The notes below the pieces were generated by a model that did not search any database, was not told where the DNA came from, and saw only the letters and a program-made list of their open reading frames with translations. Made by a program: the position numbers and the translations under genes. From Alphaproteobacteria bacterium (GTDB lineage Bacteria > Pseudomonadota > Alphaproteobacteria > UBA2136 > UBA6156), in NCBI GenBank assembly GCA_027485835.1, contig JAIXQG010000001.1, positions 69,902 to 133,901 on the forward strand: DNA of 64,000 nt, in the 5' to 3' direction. Positions 48,170 to 56,502 of the stretch are shown one piece after another (the stretch's first letter is position 1; every line of letters starts with the position of its first letter).

Positions 48170-48365
48170 TTAGCGCAGCGGGACGTAAGGCAGGTAGATG
48201 ACGGACGGCAGCACCACATACCGGAACTGCGGGCGGCGACGTGGCGGGACGGAGAGCATTCTGGCACTTTCCGGTAGGCGTGCGGCAGCGGATTGCTGGA
48301 GCTTTTCGTGTAAAAAGGCGGGTTGGGGAAGCCTGGAACCGAATAAGAAGATCTTTGCGGTCATG
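48170..48365 (-). CDS. possible small Arg-rich ORF (64 aa) downstream of the VirB11-like gene
   Basis: ATG with an AAAGGA RBS; it may be spurious. Confidence 0.25.
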
Positions 48366-48467
48366 GGTATCCTTTCGTGGCAACAAAGCGGTCTTGGGGG
48401 ATGTTTTCCCCACAAGTATGCCCCCAAGGGGCGGGGGCATACAAGATGGAATCAGGGTTTTTTAAGC

Positions 48468-49463
48468 CTAATGGGCCGGAGTGGGCATGGCGCTGTCGGC
48501 CTTTAGTTGCTTGAAGTAGCCGGTGACTTTCGGGCCTTCCCGGACCAGTTGCACCACGCCGTAGATGTCGTCGTGCAGCTGGCGCTTAAGCACGTTGAGG
48601 GCGCTATCGGCGATTTCGCCATTCAACATCACACGGTTGATGACGGCGTCGAGTGCGGCGTCTGGGTTGTTGGCGTGGATGGTGGCCATGGAGCCATCGT
48701 GACCCGTGTTGATGGCCGAACAGAACGCGAAGGCGTTTTCCTTACGGATTTCCCCCAAAATAATACGGTCCGGGCGCATACGCAGGGTGGCGTTGAGCAT
48801 TTCGCGGATTTCCTTACCGGTAGGGTCGCGGTTGGCGCCGCCGAAAATGAGCGGGACCCAGTTTTGGTGGGGTACGTCGAGTTCCGGCACGTCTTCCAGT
48901 GTAATCAGGCGTTCGTGCATCGGGATATATTTGAGTGCGGCGTTCATGAAGCTGGTTTTACCGGTGCTGGTACCGCCGGAAATAAGCAGGGTTTTTTTGT
49001 TGACGATGCAGTTAATGATTTTGTCCTTCACGCCCGGCTGGAGGTAGAAGTGGTCTAGCGTAAAGTTTTTGACGTGCTGGATACGCACGGTCATCGTGAA
49101 CTTTTTGGTGGTGTTGTGGCCGCCAACGATTTGGACACGGTGGCCGCCCGGCATTTTGCATGACAAAACAGGGTGTTGCGGTGTGAAGATCTCATTCGAG
49201 AGGTTGGCGAGCATACGGGCGCAGTCTTCCAAGCGGTCCAGCGTCAGCTCTGGGGCGTCGACCCATTTCCAGGAGCCGTCCGGAAATTCGTAACCGACCT
49301 CTCCAGGGCGGTTGATGACAAGTTCGCGGATGTTGGGTTCTTCGAAGTACTTCAGCAGGGGGCCGAGGAAGCGGGTTTCGACCTTGTTGAGGCCATGCTT
49401 AGCGCCGAGAGCTTCGATCTCTGGGGTGAGGGCGCTACCGGCCTGCGAGATGAGGTCGCTCAT
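48468..49463 (-). CDS. VirB11/TrbB-family type IV secretion ATPase, orphan
   Basis: Walker A 'LISGGTSTGKTSF', Asp box, and His box 'GHDGSMATIHANNPDAA'; 331 aa, the family's typical length. Confidence 0.8.
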   Translation of the reverse strand: MSDLISQAGSALTPEIEALGAKHGLNKVETRFLGPLLKYFEEPNIRELVINRPGEVGYEFPDGSWKWVDAPELTLDRLEDCARMLANLSNEIFTPQHPVLSCKMPGGHRVQIVGGHNTTKKFTMTVRIQHVKNFTLDHFYLQPGVKDKIINCIVNKKTLLISGGTSTGKTSFMNAALKYIPMHERLITLEDVPELDVPHQNWVPLIFGGANRDPTGKEIREMLNATLRMRPDRIILGEIRKENAFAFCSAINTGHDGSMATIHANNPDAALDAVINRVMLNGEIADSALNVLKRQLHDDIYGVVQLVREGPKVTGYFKQLKADSAMPTPAH

Positions 49464-49632
49464 GCATGTATCCTGCTTATTATTCTGTTACCCCAGTATA
49501 AGCGCGGATTGGTCGCCGCTGGCAAGGGGTTTGGGACGGTTTTTGCATTTGGTGTGGTTTGGGGGTTGCGGATTGGGGGTGGGATACCCATGTTTTGGGC
49601 ATCAGCAACGGCGAACAAGAAAGGATCGCGCC

Positions 49633-49875
49633 GTGGATAATCTCTCTAGAATTCTTATCATTTTAATTCTATCGGCAAGTTCTGCTTTCGCACAGGAGCG
49701 CGTTTCAGATGAGCTCACGAAAGAGCTTGCGCGCGTGCAGGAGGAGGCGACGAAGCAGAAGACTTTGTCTCCTAAGGTTATCATTTCGGCGAGTGCAAAA
49801 GATTGTGCCTTGTTTGAGGAGATAAAAGCCTACGGCGAGGTGTCATACAACAACGTTAACTGCCAGGTGCAGTAA
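49633..49875 (+). CDS. small secreted Cys-pair protein, paralog 1
   Basis: GTG start with a GAAAGGA RBS; signal peptide ...SASSAFAQ; mature ~58 aa carrying DCALFEEIKAYGEVSYNNVNCQ. Confidence 0.55.
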   Translation: MDNLSRILIILILSASSAFAQERVSDELTKELARVQEEATKQKTLSPKVIISASAKDCALFEEIKAYGEVSYNNVNCQVQ

Positions 49876-49993
49876 CCGATAACTGCGCTGAAATTGCGAC
49901 TAGGGGCCCTGCAATGCGGGGCCCTTGGTGTTTTGGTGAGTTGCGAAAGGTGTTTTGTGTGCTTATGCTAGGTTAAGAATAAGGACATAGGCG

Positions 49994-50260
49994 ATGAAGG
50001 TTCTTCTGGCAGTGATGATGGCTTTGGTGGCGGTGGTGCCTGTGTTGGCGCAGATGCCGCAAACCAAGGAGAAGACCGAGGAAGAGCGTGTGGTGGAGGC
50101 GCTGAACGCGCAGTTGGCGAAAATGGAAGACAGCGCCGGGCTAGGTGGAGAGGGATACAAGGCTCAATTAAGTGGGAATGCCATGTTCTGTGAGTTTTTT
50201 GCGGAGATTCAGAAGGCGTATCCGCTGTACAAGGGTGTGAGCTGCCAAGCGCGGAATTAG
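49994..50260 (+). CDS. small secreted Cys-pair protein, paralog 2
   Basis: AAGGA RBS; signal peptide MKVLLAVMMALVAVVPVLAQ; FCEFFAEIQKAYPLYKGVSCQ matches the spacing of paralog 1. Confidence 0.6.
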   Translation: MKVLLAVMMALVAVVPVLAQMPQTKEKTEEERVVEALNAQLAKMEDSAGLGGEGYKAQLSGNAMFCEFFAEIQKAYPLYKGVSCQARN

Positions 50261-50877
50261 GCGTGTTTTGGGAGTTCCGGCAGATGCTTTTGCAGGCTTA
50301 CTATTAAGAGTTCGTCGAGTTGCTTAAGGGTCAGCGGTTGGCCTTCGGCATGGAGGCTGGTGACACCTTTTTGTGTGATGCCGCAGGGGATGAAGTGTTT
50401 GTAGACCGAGAGGTCGGGGTTTAAATTCAGCGCAATGCCATGATAGGCGTAGCCTTTGCGCACGCGCACGCCGATGGCGGCGATTTTCTTGTCGTTTATC
50501 CAGACGCCGATTTCATCACCGCTACCTGCCGTAGCGGTGAGGTTGGCTTCGGCGAGGGTAGCTATAAGCCAGTGCTGGAGCCATTGGACGTAGGCGCGGA
50601 TGTCCGCATTGAAGCGCTTGAGGTTGATAACCAGATAGACCACCCGCTGGCCCGGGCCGTGGTAGGTGACTTTGCCGCCGCGGCCGGTGTGGAGGAAGGG
50701 GAGCGGGCTGGTGCCAAGGTCGGATTCATTTCCGCTCGTGCCGATGGTGAGAATGGGTTCGTGCTCGCTGAAGATGATGGTTTCTTCTCCGGTGGCTAAG
50801 GCATGGCTGAGGGCTGCGTCCATGCGTTGCATCCCCTCGGTGTAGGGGGTGAGGCCGGGCCATGTAACGATGTTCAT
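50257..50877 (-). CDS. lipB: lipoyl(octanoyl) transferase
   Basis: BPL/LPL catalytic-domain motifs (GRGGKVTYHGPGQ, KIAAIGVRV). Confidence 0.9.
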   Translation of the reverse strand: MNIVTWPGLTPYTEGMQRMDAALSHALATGEETIIFSEHEPILTIGTSGNESDLGTSPLPFLHTGRGGKVTYHGPGQRVVYLVINLKRFNADIRAYVQWLQHWLIATLAEANLTATAGSGDEIGVWINDKKIAAIGVRVRKGYAYHGIALNLNPDLSVYKHFIPCGITQKGVTSLHAEGQPLTLKQLDELLIVSLQKHLPELPKHA

Positions 50878-50900
50878 TGAACTATATAGAACTTTAAATT

Positions 50901-50987
50901 TGGTGCGGACAAGAGGACTCGAACCTCCACGATTTTACTCGCCAGCCCCTCAAGCTGGTGCGTCTACCAATTCCGCCATATCCGCAC
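50901..50987 (-). tRNA. tRNA-Leu (anticodon GAG)
   Basis: GTGCGGATATGGCGGAATTGGTAGACGC...tTGAGgg...long variable arm...GGTTCGAGTCCTCTTGTCCGCACCA. Confidence 0.88.
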
Positions 50988-51124
50988 GGTCTCAATTCTC
51001 CAAGGGGTAACCCAAGGATTGGATTGGTACGGGCGGGATATAACCTGATTACATAGGGTTTGGCAACGGGGTTGTTTGCCTTTCTGCGGGGATGGGGTAC
51101 AAGTTGGGCATGAAAAGTGAATTT

Positions 51125-51967
51125 ATGGCTGTGAGTGGCGGTGTTCTTCAGGTGGTGGGTACGCCCATTGGCAACCTTGCGGATATGAGCCCGCGGGCGG
51201 GGGAAGCGATGGAGAAGGCGGACCTGATTGCGTGCGAGGATACGCGCCGGACCGGCCAGTTGCTGAGGCTTTTGGGGTTGAAGACGCCTAAGATGGTCAG
51301 TTGTTATAAGGAGAACGAGGGCGCCCGCATGGCGCAGATTGTAGCCGAGATTGCGGCGGGTAAGCGCGTGGTGTTGGTGAGTGACGGCGGGATGCCCGGC
51401 ATTAGTGACCCCGGGGCCAAGGTTGTGGCAGCGGTGCGCGCGGCGGGTTTGCGGGTTGAGGTGATACCCGGCCCGAGTGCGGTGGCAACGGCTGTGGCCG
51501 GGAGTGGGTTTGACGGCGGGTTTGTGTTTGCGGGTTTTCCGGAACGCAAGGACAAGGCGTTGCGGGTGCAGTTGGCCGGATTGGCGGCGGAGGAACGGAC
51601 GCTGGTGTTTTATGAGAGCCCCCAACGTGTAGAGGACACGGTAGCTGTGGCGTTGGACGTGTGGGGCAACCGCCCTGCGTGGTTGGCGCGGGAGCTGACG
51701 AAGATGCATGAGGAGTGGATGGGGCCGGATTTGGCTTCTATTCTGGCGGAGATTAAGGTCCGTGGGGGAGTTAAGGGCGAGTGTGTGCTGGTAGTGGCGG
51801 GTGGTCAGCGGGTTGAGGCGGAGAGTGTGGATGATGCGGCGATTGCGGCGCGCTTGGCAGCGGGGGATAGCGTGAAAACCGTTGCTGGCTGGGTGGCGGA
51901 TGTGGAAAAGGTTTCCAAATCAGATGCCTATACGCGTGTTCAGACTGTTAAAGACGGCTTAAAATAA
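51125..51967 (+). CDS. rsmI: 16S rRNA (cytidine1402-2'-O)-methyltransferase
   Basis: VGTPIGNLADMS, ACEDTR; the start could also be ATG 51110. Confidence 0.85.
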   Translation: MAVSGGVLQVVGTPIGNLADMSPRAGEAMEKADLIACEDTRRTGQLLRLLGLKTPKMVSCYKENEGARMAQIVAEIAAGKRVVLVSDGGMPGISDPGAKVVAAVRAAGLRVEVIPGPSAVATAVAGSGFDGGFVFAGFPERKDKALRVQLAGLAAEERTLVFYESPQRVEDTVAVALDVWGNRPAWLARELTKMHEEWMGPDLASILAEIKVRGGVKGECVLVVAGGQRVEAESVDDAAIAARLAAGDSVKTVAGWVADVEKVSKSDAYTRVQTVKDGLK

Positions 51968-52095
51968 GCCTGCCTTTTGCTGCGGCAATGGGGTGACAGG
52001 GGGCAGGCTAAAGTGGCCCCAAAACGGGCAGTGCCGCTTGAGCCAAGGGAACATGTTGCGTAGCCTACCCTCAGAACCAAGAGAAGGGCGCTGAT

Positions 52096-52221
52096 ATGGA
52101 CTACATTGAACAAGCCTTGCACACTATGCTTGAGAACCCGCAGGGACGCGTGGATTTGAAAGCGTTGCCATCGGCCTTCTTTGACTATTTTGAAGTAACT
52201 GAAGACGAACTGGCTGCGTAA
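52096..52221 (+). CDS. 41-aa mini-protein sharing a C-terminal motif with the next gene
   Basis: AGAAGGG RBS; MDYIEQALHTMLENPQGRVDLKALPSAFFDYFEVTEDELAA. Confidence 0.4.
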   Translation: MDYIEQALHTMLENPQGRVDLKALPSAFFDYFEVTEDELAA

Positions 52222-52226
52222 CAATT

Positions 52227-52487
52227 ATGGCTGCAAAAATTCCGGCAGATAGGGCGCTTGGCGCAAAAGTTGTGGTGAGCGAGCCGATGAGCAGCGTTGA
52301 GCGCGACGAGATTGCCGCGCTTGTGATGCGGATTAAGCGTGCCGACGAACGCAGCCGGAACTTGGAGCTTGCGGGTGATGCTCGCAGGCCGGTTGTAAGT
52401 GCCAGTGACCGCCAATGGGCCGAGGACTGGAAGCTACCCAGTGAGGTTTTTGAGTACTTTGAAATTGACCATGCCCAAGCGGCTTAA
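52227..52487 (+). CDS. 86-aa hypothetical protein ending in the '...W.LPSEVFEYFEI' motif
   Basis: It starts 5 nt after the previous stop; its C-terminus WKLPSEVFEYFEIDHAQAA parallels LKALPSAFFDYFEVTEDELAA. Confidence 0.5.
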   Translation: MAAKIPADRALGAKVVVSEPMSSVERDEIAALVMRIKRADERSRNLELAGDARRPVVSASDRQWAEDWKLPSEVFEYFEIDHAQAA

Positions 52488-52490
52488 TGA

Positions 52491-52961
52491 ATGAAGACGA
52501 TTGGCATGTACACCCTTATTAAACCCGACGACAGCTTTACCGGCAAAATGCCGGCACCCCGCGTTTACCTAGGCGGGCAAAGCCGTGGGCGGGATTGGCG
52601 CATGGATTTTTTCCAGCGGTTTTCGCGGATGGATTTAACCTTTATTAACCCGCGCCGTGAGCCTTTTATTGACCCCGAGCTGGAACCTGCCGCGCATGCC
52701 AAGCAAGTGGCTTGGGAGCGTCAGGCATTAGATGTGGCCGATATCGGTGTGTTTTGGTTGGGTGAAGGTTTGAGCAACCAAGCCGCACGTGTGGAAATTG
52801 GTTATATGCTGGGTGCGCAAAAGCCCGTTTTGTTGGGTGCGCAGCCCGGATTTATGGGTGTTGAGCACCTTGTGTGCTTTAGCGGGCTTGTGGTGGCGCC
52901 CTCGCTTGAGGGGTTGTTGAACCGGTTTGCTAGTGTTTTGAGCGGGTTGCAGACGGGATAG
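52491..52961 (+). CDS. nucleoside 2-deoxyribosyltransferase-like (Rcl/DNPH1-fold) protein
   Basis: 'RVYLGGQSRGRDWR' and 'ADIGVFWLGEGLSNQAARVEIGYMLGAQKPVL' match the family's two conserved blocks; the ATG sits 3 nt after the upstream stop. Confidence 0.6.
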   Translation: MKTIGMYTLIKPDDSFTGKMPAPRVYLGGQSRGRDWRMDFFQRFSRMDLTFINPRREPFIDPELEPAAHAKQVAWERQALDVADIGVFWLGEGLSNQAARVEIGYMLGAQKPVLLGAQPGFMGVEHLVCFSGLVVAPSLEGLLNRFASVLSGLQTG

Positions 52962-52982
52962 GTTCTGGTTTAGATATAAAAA

Positions 52983-53015
52983 TTCCGGCCCGCTTGATGC
53001 GGGCCGGTTTGTATT
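52983..53015. terminator. bidirectional terminator
   Basis: ccggcccgc-ttgat-gcgggccgg followed by tttgtattt. Confidence 0.7.
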
Positions 53016-53029
53016 TCGAGTTGTAGGAA

Positions 53030-53686
53030 TCAGCCGTTCTTGCGCAGGTAGCGGTCGAAGCGGAGGAGTGCCTGGCAGGCGGGATCATGGTTGATGATGC
53101 CCGCGTCGACCAATTCGAGTGCCCGCTGGAGGGGAGTCCAGTGGCCTCCCTTGATCGTCGGGTCGATGCCGTCGCTGTTCGGTACGAACTCTTCCGGCAG
53201 GATGAGTCCGAAGTACATGTCGTACGTCGGCATGTTCGCTGGTTTGACGAACGAGCCCTGCAGGTTGATCAGCGTGGAGGTATCGACAAACTGGCCGGTT
53301 TCTCCTTTGAGCTGGCTGCGGACAGCCTGCTCAGGGGTTTCGAAATAGACGAGCGGATCGAAGTTGTCGCGCTTGCCTTCCCACGAATTCTTCACCGAGC
53401 CGGACGGCATGGTGATGACTTCATCTTCGGCCAGGAATACCGGCGAGCCGGTGCCGAGGTCGACCTCCAGCGAATGGGGGCGCGGCGGGGCATAGCCCTC
53501 GCCGAAGCGGAGGACGGTGCCGGGCTTCTTCTCGTGGAGCAGAAGGACGCGCTGGGTGCTCTGGGCATACAGCGCGACGGTAATATTGTCCGGCATCCAC
53601 GTGATATCGTTCTTTCCGACCTCTGCAAAAGCGCGGGTGCGGTGGCCGACGACGAGAAAGTTGGTGGTGTCAATGATAGAGTTCAT
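53030..53686 (-). CDS. hypothetical protein, possibly a divergent NUDIX-like fold
   Basis: 218 aa; 'VRSQLKGETGQFVD' weakly resembles a REUxEExGU box. Confidence 0.4.
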   Translation of the reverse strand: MNSIIDTTNFLVVGHRTRAFAEVGKNDITWMPDNITVALYAQSTQRVLLLHEKKPGTVLRFGEGYAPPRPHSLEVDLGTGSPVFLAEDEVITMPSGSVKNSWEGKRDNFDPLVYFETPEQAVRSQLKGETGQFVDTSTLINLQGSFVKPANMPTYDMYFGLILPEEFVPNSDGIDPTIKGGHWTPLQRALELVDAGIINHDPACQALLRFDRYLRKNG

Positions 53687-53904
53687 GGCAGTTCTCCCAG
53701 TAGTCTTCAGAAAGCACCTCGGTAGGTTGCTTTTTGTGCCTGAAGGACGGGTTGAGGGAGCAAACGCGCGGGGGCTACACCTTGGTAGGTTGTAGTGTTG
53801 TCCGGCGGTTGCCTGGCGAAACGGACAAGCTTGTTAGCTGATATGTCCAAGGTCTATATGGGGTGTGGTGTGGAGGTTGTCAATGATTAGTATACAATAA
53901 AATT

Positions 53905-53925
53905 ACGGCGCCCGAAGGCGCCGCA
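53905..53925 (-). terminator. terminator of the 53936..54697 gene
   Basis: ggcgcc-ttcg-ggcgcc followed by gtaattttatt on the minus strand. Confidence 0.65.
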
Positions 53926-53935
53926 AGGTATGTCG

Positions 53936-54697
53936 TTAGTTAGCTTGATTCCGCCAATTTTCGGTTACTTGTCCGGTGCGGGTGGAGAAGTCTTCGTCGA
54001 GAAGATACTCTTGTACCAACCGGAGGCCGTGGGCGGCAACCCCGTGGGGGTTGAAGCATTTGGCCCATTGCGCCTTGTCTTCCGTTGAGCGAGTCTTTGG
54101 GAAGACTGGCGCCATGCACCAACCGTCTTTCATCAGCTTGTTACGGCGGATGAGGAGATCAGTGTCCTTCACGACCAGCATGAAAGAGGCCTGAACAGCT
54201 GCTGCACTGTTCGGGTACGGGGCCGGTGGCGAGCCGTAGTCGAGGTCTATCAGCGGGCTTGTGGCGCCTGCTGGTAGCCAGAACGTCGGGCGGTAGCAGG
54301 TTTCCATCATCTCATCGGGAGAGACCGGTAGGCCGGTTTCCTGATGACCCTTGCGGAGGGCTGTATGGGCGAGATTTTGGAAATCGCGCTTTTCCATGTA
54401 GCCACCCGGAGGGGTGAGGACTTCATGGGGTAGGAAAGCTTTAGCTTCCTTTTTCATGAGCACCGTCCAGATACCTTGGGCGTTGAGCTTCACAACGAAG
54501 AGGCTTGCGCTGCTGCGCAGGCCGGCTTCGGTGTAATGCTTGGCTGTGCCGTTGACGCTGAGGCACTTCTGGGTAACCTCGACAAAGCGAGATGCTTTGG
54601 GGTTTATCGGCAGAATTTCTGCTGTGACCGCCTGCAAAGAGGGGTTGAGCTCATCTGGGACAGAGATGAGCTCGGAATAGTTGATTTCCGTGGTCAT
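53936..54697 (-). CDS. NUDIX-like hydrolase with a divergent Nudix box
   Basis: 'LTPPGGYMEKRDFQNLAHTALRKGHQETGL' approximates GX5EX7REUXEEXGU. Confidence 0.5.
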   Translation of the reverse strand: MTTEINYSELISVPDELNPSLQAVTAEILPINPKASRFVEVTQKCLSVNGTAKHYTEAGLRSSASLFVVKLNAQGIWTVLMKKEAKAFLPHEVLTPPGGYMEKRDFQNLAHTALRKGHQETGLPVSPDEMMETCYRPTFWLPAGATSPLIDLDYGSPPAPYPNSAAAVQASFMLVVKDTDLLIRRNKLMKDGWCMAPVFPKTRSTEDKAQWAKCFNPHGVAAHGLRLVQEYLLDEDFSTRTGQVTENWRNQAN

Positions 54698-54779
54698 CCG
54701 CTAATCCTTTCTAAAAATGCGGTGGGATTAGCCTTTTTTATGGGGCTGAAACCTGCGTTTTCAAGGGGGAGGGGCGGAT

Positions 54780-55295
54780 TTAGCAGTATTTGGAGAGGTC
54801 GGCGAGGGCTTGCATGAGGCCGCGGGTGCTGAAGCTGCTTTCTAGCGCGATGCCGCTGGCGATGGGTTGGTAGCGGACGATGAGGTAGGTGTCGGGTTTT
54901 AACATGTGGGCTGCGTTTTCGGCGTCGTAGGCGAGCACGATGTTATAGCCGCGGCCCGCGCCTTCGAGTGGGAGAGGCGCGAGGATTTCGGAGATTTCTG
55001 CCACCGGAGGACGTACGAGGGGGGCGATGAAGAGGGTACGGAGCTCGAGTGTGCCGTTGCGGGTAGGGATGCCGTCGGTGGAGACGGTGAACTCGGCCGC
55101 GTGGGCGCGGATGGTGCAGGAGCGGGGTTCGATGAACCATTCTCCGTATGTAAGGGCGCGTGGGGCGGGGGATGTGTAGGAATTGGGGCGGCCTTCGGCA
55201 CGGACAGAGCTACCCGGAGCCTTGGGGCCGGAGGAACAGGCGGAGAGCAGGGCTAAAGCCAAGATGAGGGAGGTAGGCGAAATTTTGTTCTTCAT
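54780..55295 (-). CDS. lipoprotein of unknown function
   Basis: Lipobox LLSACSS. Confidence 0.55.
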   Translation of the reverse strand: MKNKISPTSLILALALLSACSSGPKAPGSSVRAEGRPNSYTSPAPRALTYGEWFIEPRSCTIRAHAAEFTVSTDGIPTRNGTLELRTLFIAPLVRPPVAEISEILAPLPLEGAGRGYNIVLAYDAENAAHMLKPDTYLIVRYQPIASGIALESSFSTRGLMQALADLSKYC

Positions 55296-55387
55296 GGCTT
55301 ACAGTCTAGCGTAATCCGGCGATTTTGGAGTGGTTTTGCAGGCGTTTAGGGGTTGACGGGTGCCCATGTTTTGGGCAGGTTGCGGCC

Positions 55388-56455
55388 ATGAGCACGACAC
55401 CTACCAACAACCTTGGTTTTATTCGGATTAAGCAGCCGCAGGCACCTGTGGCCGAGGCGTTTGTGCCGTTGCCGGAAATACGGATTGGGAGCCACCTGTT
55501 GGAGAACAACACCGTACTGGCGCCGATGACCGAAATTACCGACCGCCCGACGCGCTTACTCAACAAGATTTACGGGGCTGGTTTGGTGGTGAGCGAAATG
55601 GTCGCAGCGGAGGGCGTGGTGCGCCAAGCTGCGGTGGCCGCGCAAAAGGCGACGTTTGATACGCGTCAGGGCATCCATAGCGTGCAGATTGTGGGTGGCG
55701 ACCCGACCAATATGGGTGTGGCCGCGCAGGTGAATGAGAAGGCCGGTGCGGATATTATCGATATTAATATGGGTTGCCCCGTGAAGAAGGTGGTGAACTG
55801 CATGGCCGGTAGTGCCCTGATGCGCGAGCCGGAGCTGGTAGAGCGCATTGTGGGTGAGGTGGTTGAGAAGGTGACTATTCCGGTAACCCTAAAAACCCGC
55901 CTTGGCTGGAATGAAGAGATGAAGAACGGCGTGCAGATTGCACAGATTGCCGAGAAGTGTGGTGTGAAGCTGTTGGCGATTCATGGCCGTACCCGTGCGC
56001 AGATGTACACGGGCAGTGCCGATTGGGCGGCGATACGCAAGATTAAGGAGGCGGTGAGTATTCCGGTTTTGGTGAACGGGGATATTCTTACCATTGACGA
56101 TGCGATTGAGGCGTTGAAGCAGAGCGGGTGCGACGGCGTGATGATTGGCCGTGCGACCCAAGGTAAGCCGTGGTTGCTGGGGCAAGTAGCGCATTACCTG
56201 AAGACCGGCGAGCGTTTGCCCGACCCGAGCCTTGAAGAGCAGTGCGAGGTGGTGTGCGAGCATATTGCGCTGGCGGTGGAGTTGTATGGTGAGTTTAGTG
56301 GTATTCACCACATGCGTAAGCACGTTGCGGGTTATACCAAGGGCTTGATTGGCGGCCGTGAGCTTAGAATGAAGCTGAATGAAATGACCGTGGCCAGTGA
56401 GATGCAGAGTGGTGTGCGGGCGTTGTTTGAGGCGAACCGGAACATGGTGCAATAA
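55388..56455 (+). CDS. dusB: tRNA-dihydrouridine synthase B (NifR3-like)
   Basis: [12 protein letters not shown], and the catalytic [11 protein letters not shown]. Confidence 0.9.
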   Translation: MSTTPTNNLGFIRIKQPQAPVAEAFVPLPEIRIGSHLLENNTVLAPMTEITDRPTRLLNKIYGAGLVVSEMVAAEGVVRQAAVAAQKATFDTRQGIHSVQIVGGDPTNMGVAAQVNEKAGADIIDINMGCPVKKVVNCMAGSALMREPELVERIVGEVVEKVTIPVTLKTRLGWNEEMKNGVQIAQIAEKCGVKLLAIHGRTRAQMYTGSADWAAIRKIKEAVSIPVLVNGDILTIDDAIEALKQSGCDGVMIGRATQGKPWLLGQVAHYLKTGERLPDPSLEEQCEVVCEHIALAVELYGEFSGIHHMRKHVAGYTKGLIGGRELRMKLNEMTVASEMQSGVRALFEANRNMVQ

Positions 56456-56457
56456 GG

Positions 56458-56490
56458 AAAACCCCGACACGCTGGTCGGGGTTTTTACTA
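56458..56490. terminator. terminator hairpin
   Basis: aaccccgac-acgctg-gtcggggtt followed by tttac. Confidence 0.6.
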
Positions 56491-56502
56491 TTCGAAATCC
56501 TT

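Noticed and set aside
52096-52487. The two mini-ORFs as a single gene broken by a frameshift
   Set aside because: Each has its own start, and each ends with a copy of the motif followed by a clean stop. Fusing them would place the motif twice in one protein. More likely they are a tandem duplication, although a read-level check at 52219-52229 is still worthwhile.
55362-55395. TGGGCA...TTGCGG upstream of dusB as a sigma-54 -24/-12 promoter
   Set aside because: The GG to GC spacing is ~8 nt instead of ~10-11, so it is more plausibly part of the TGCCCA-N5-TGGGCA palindrome.
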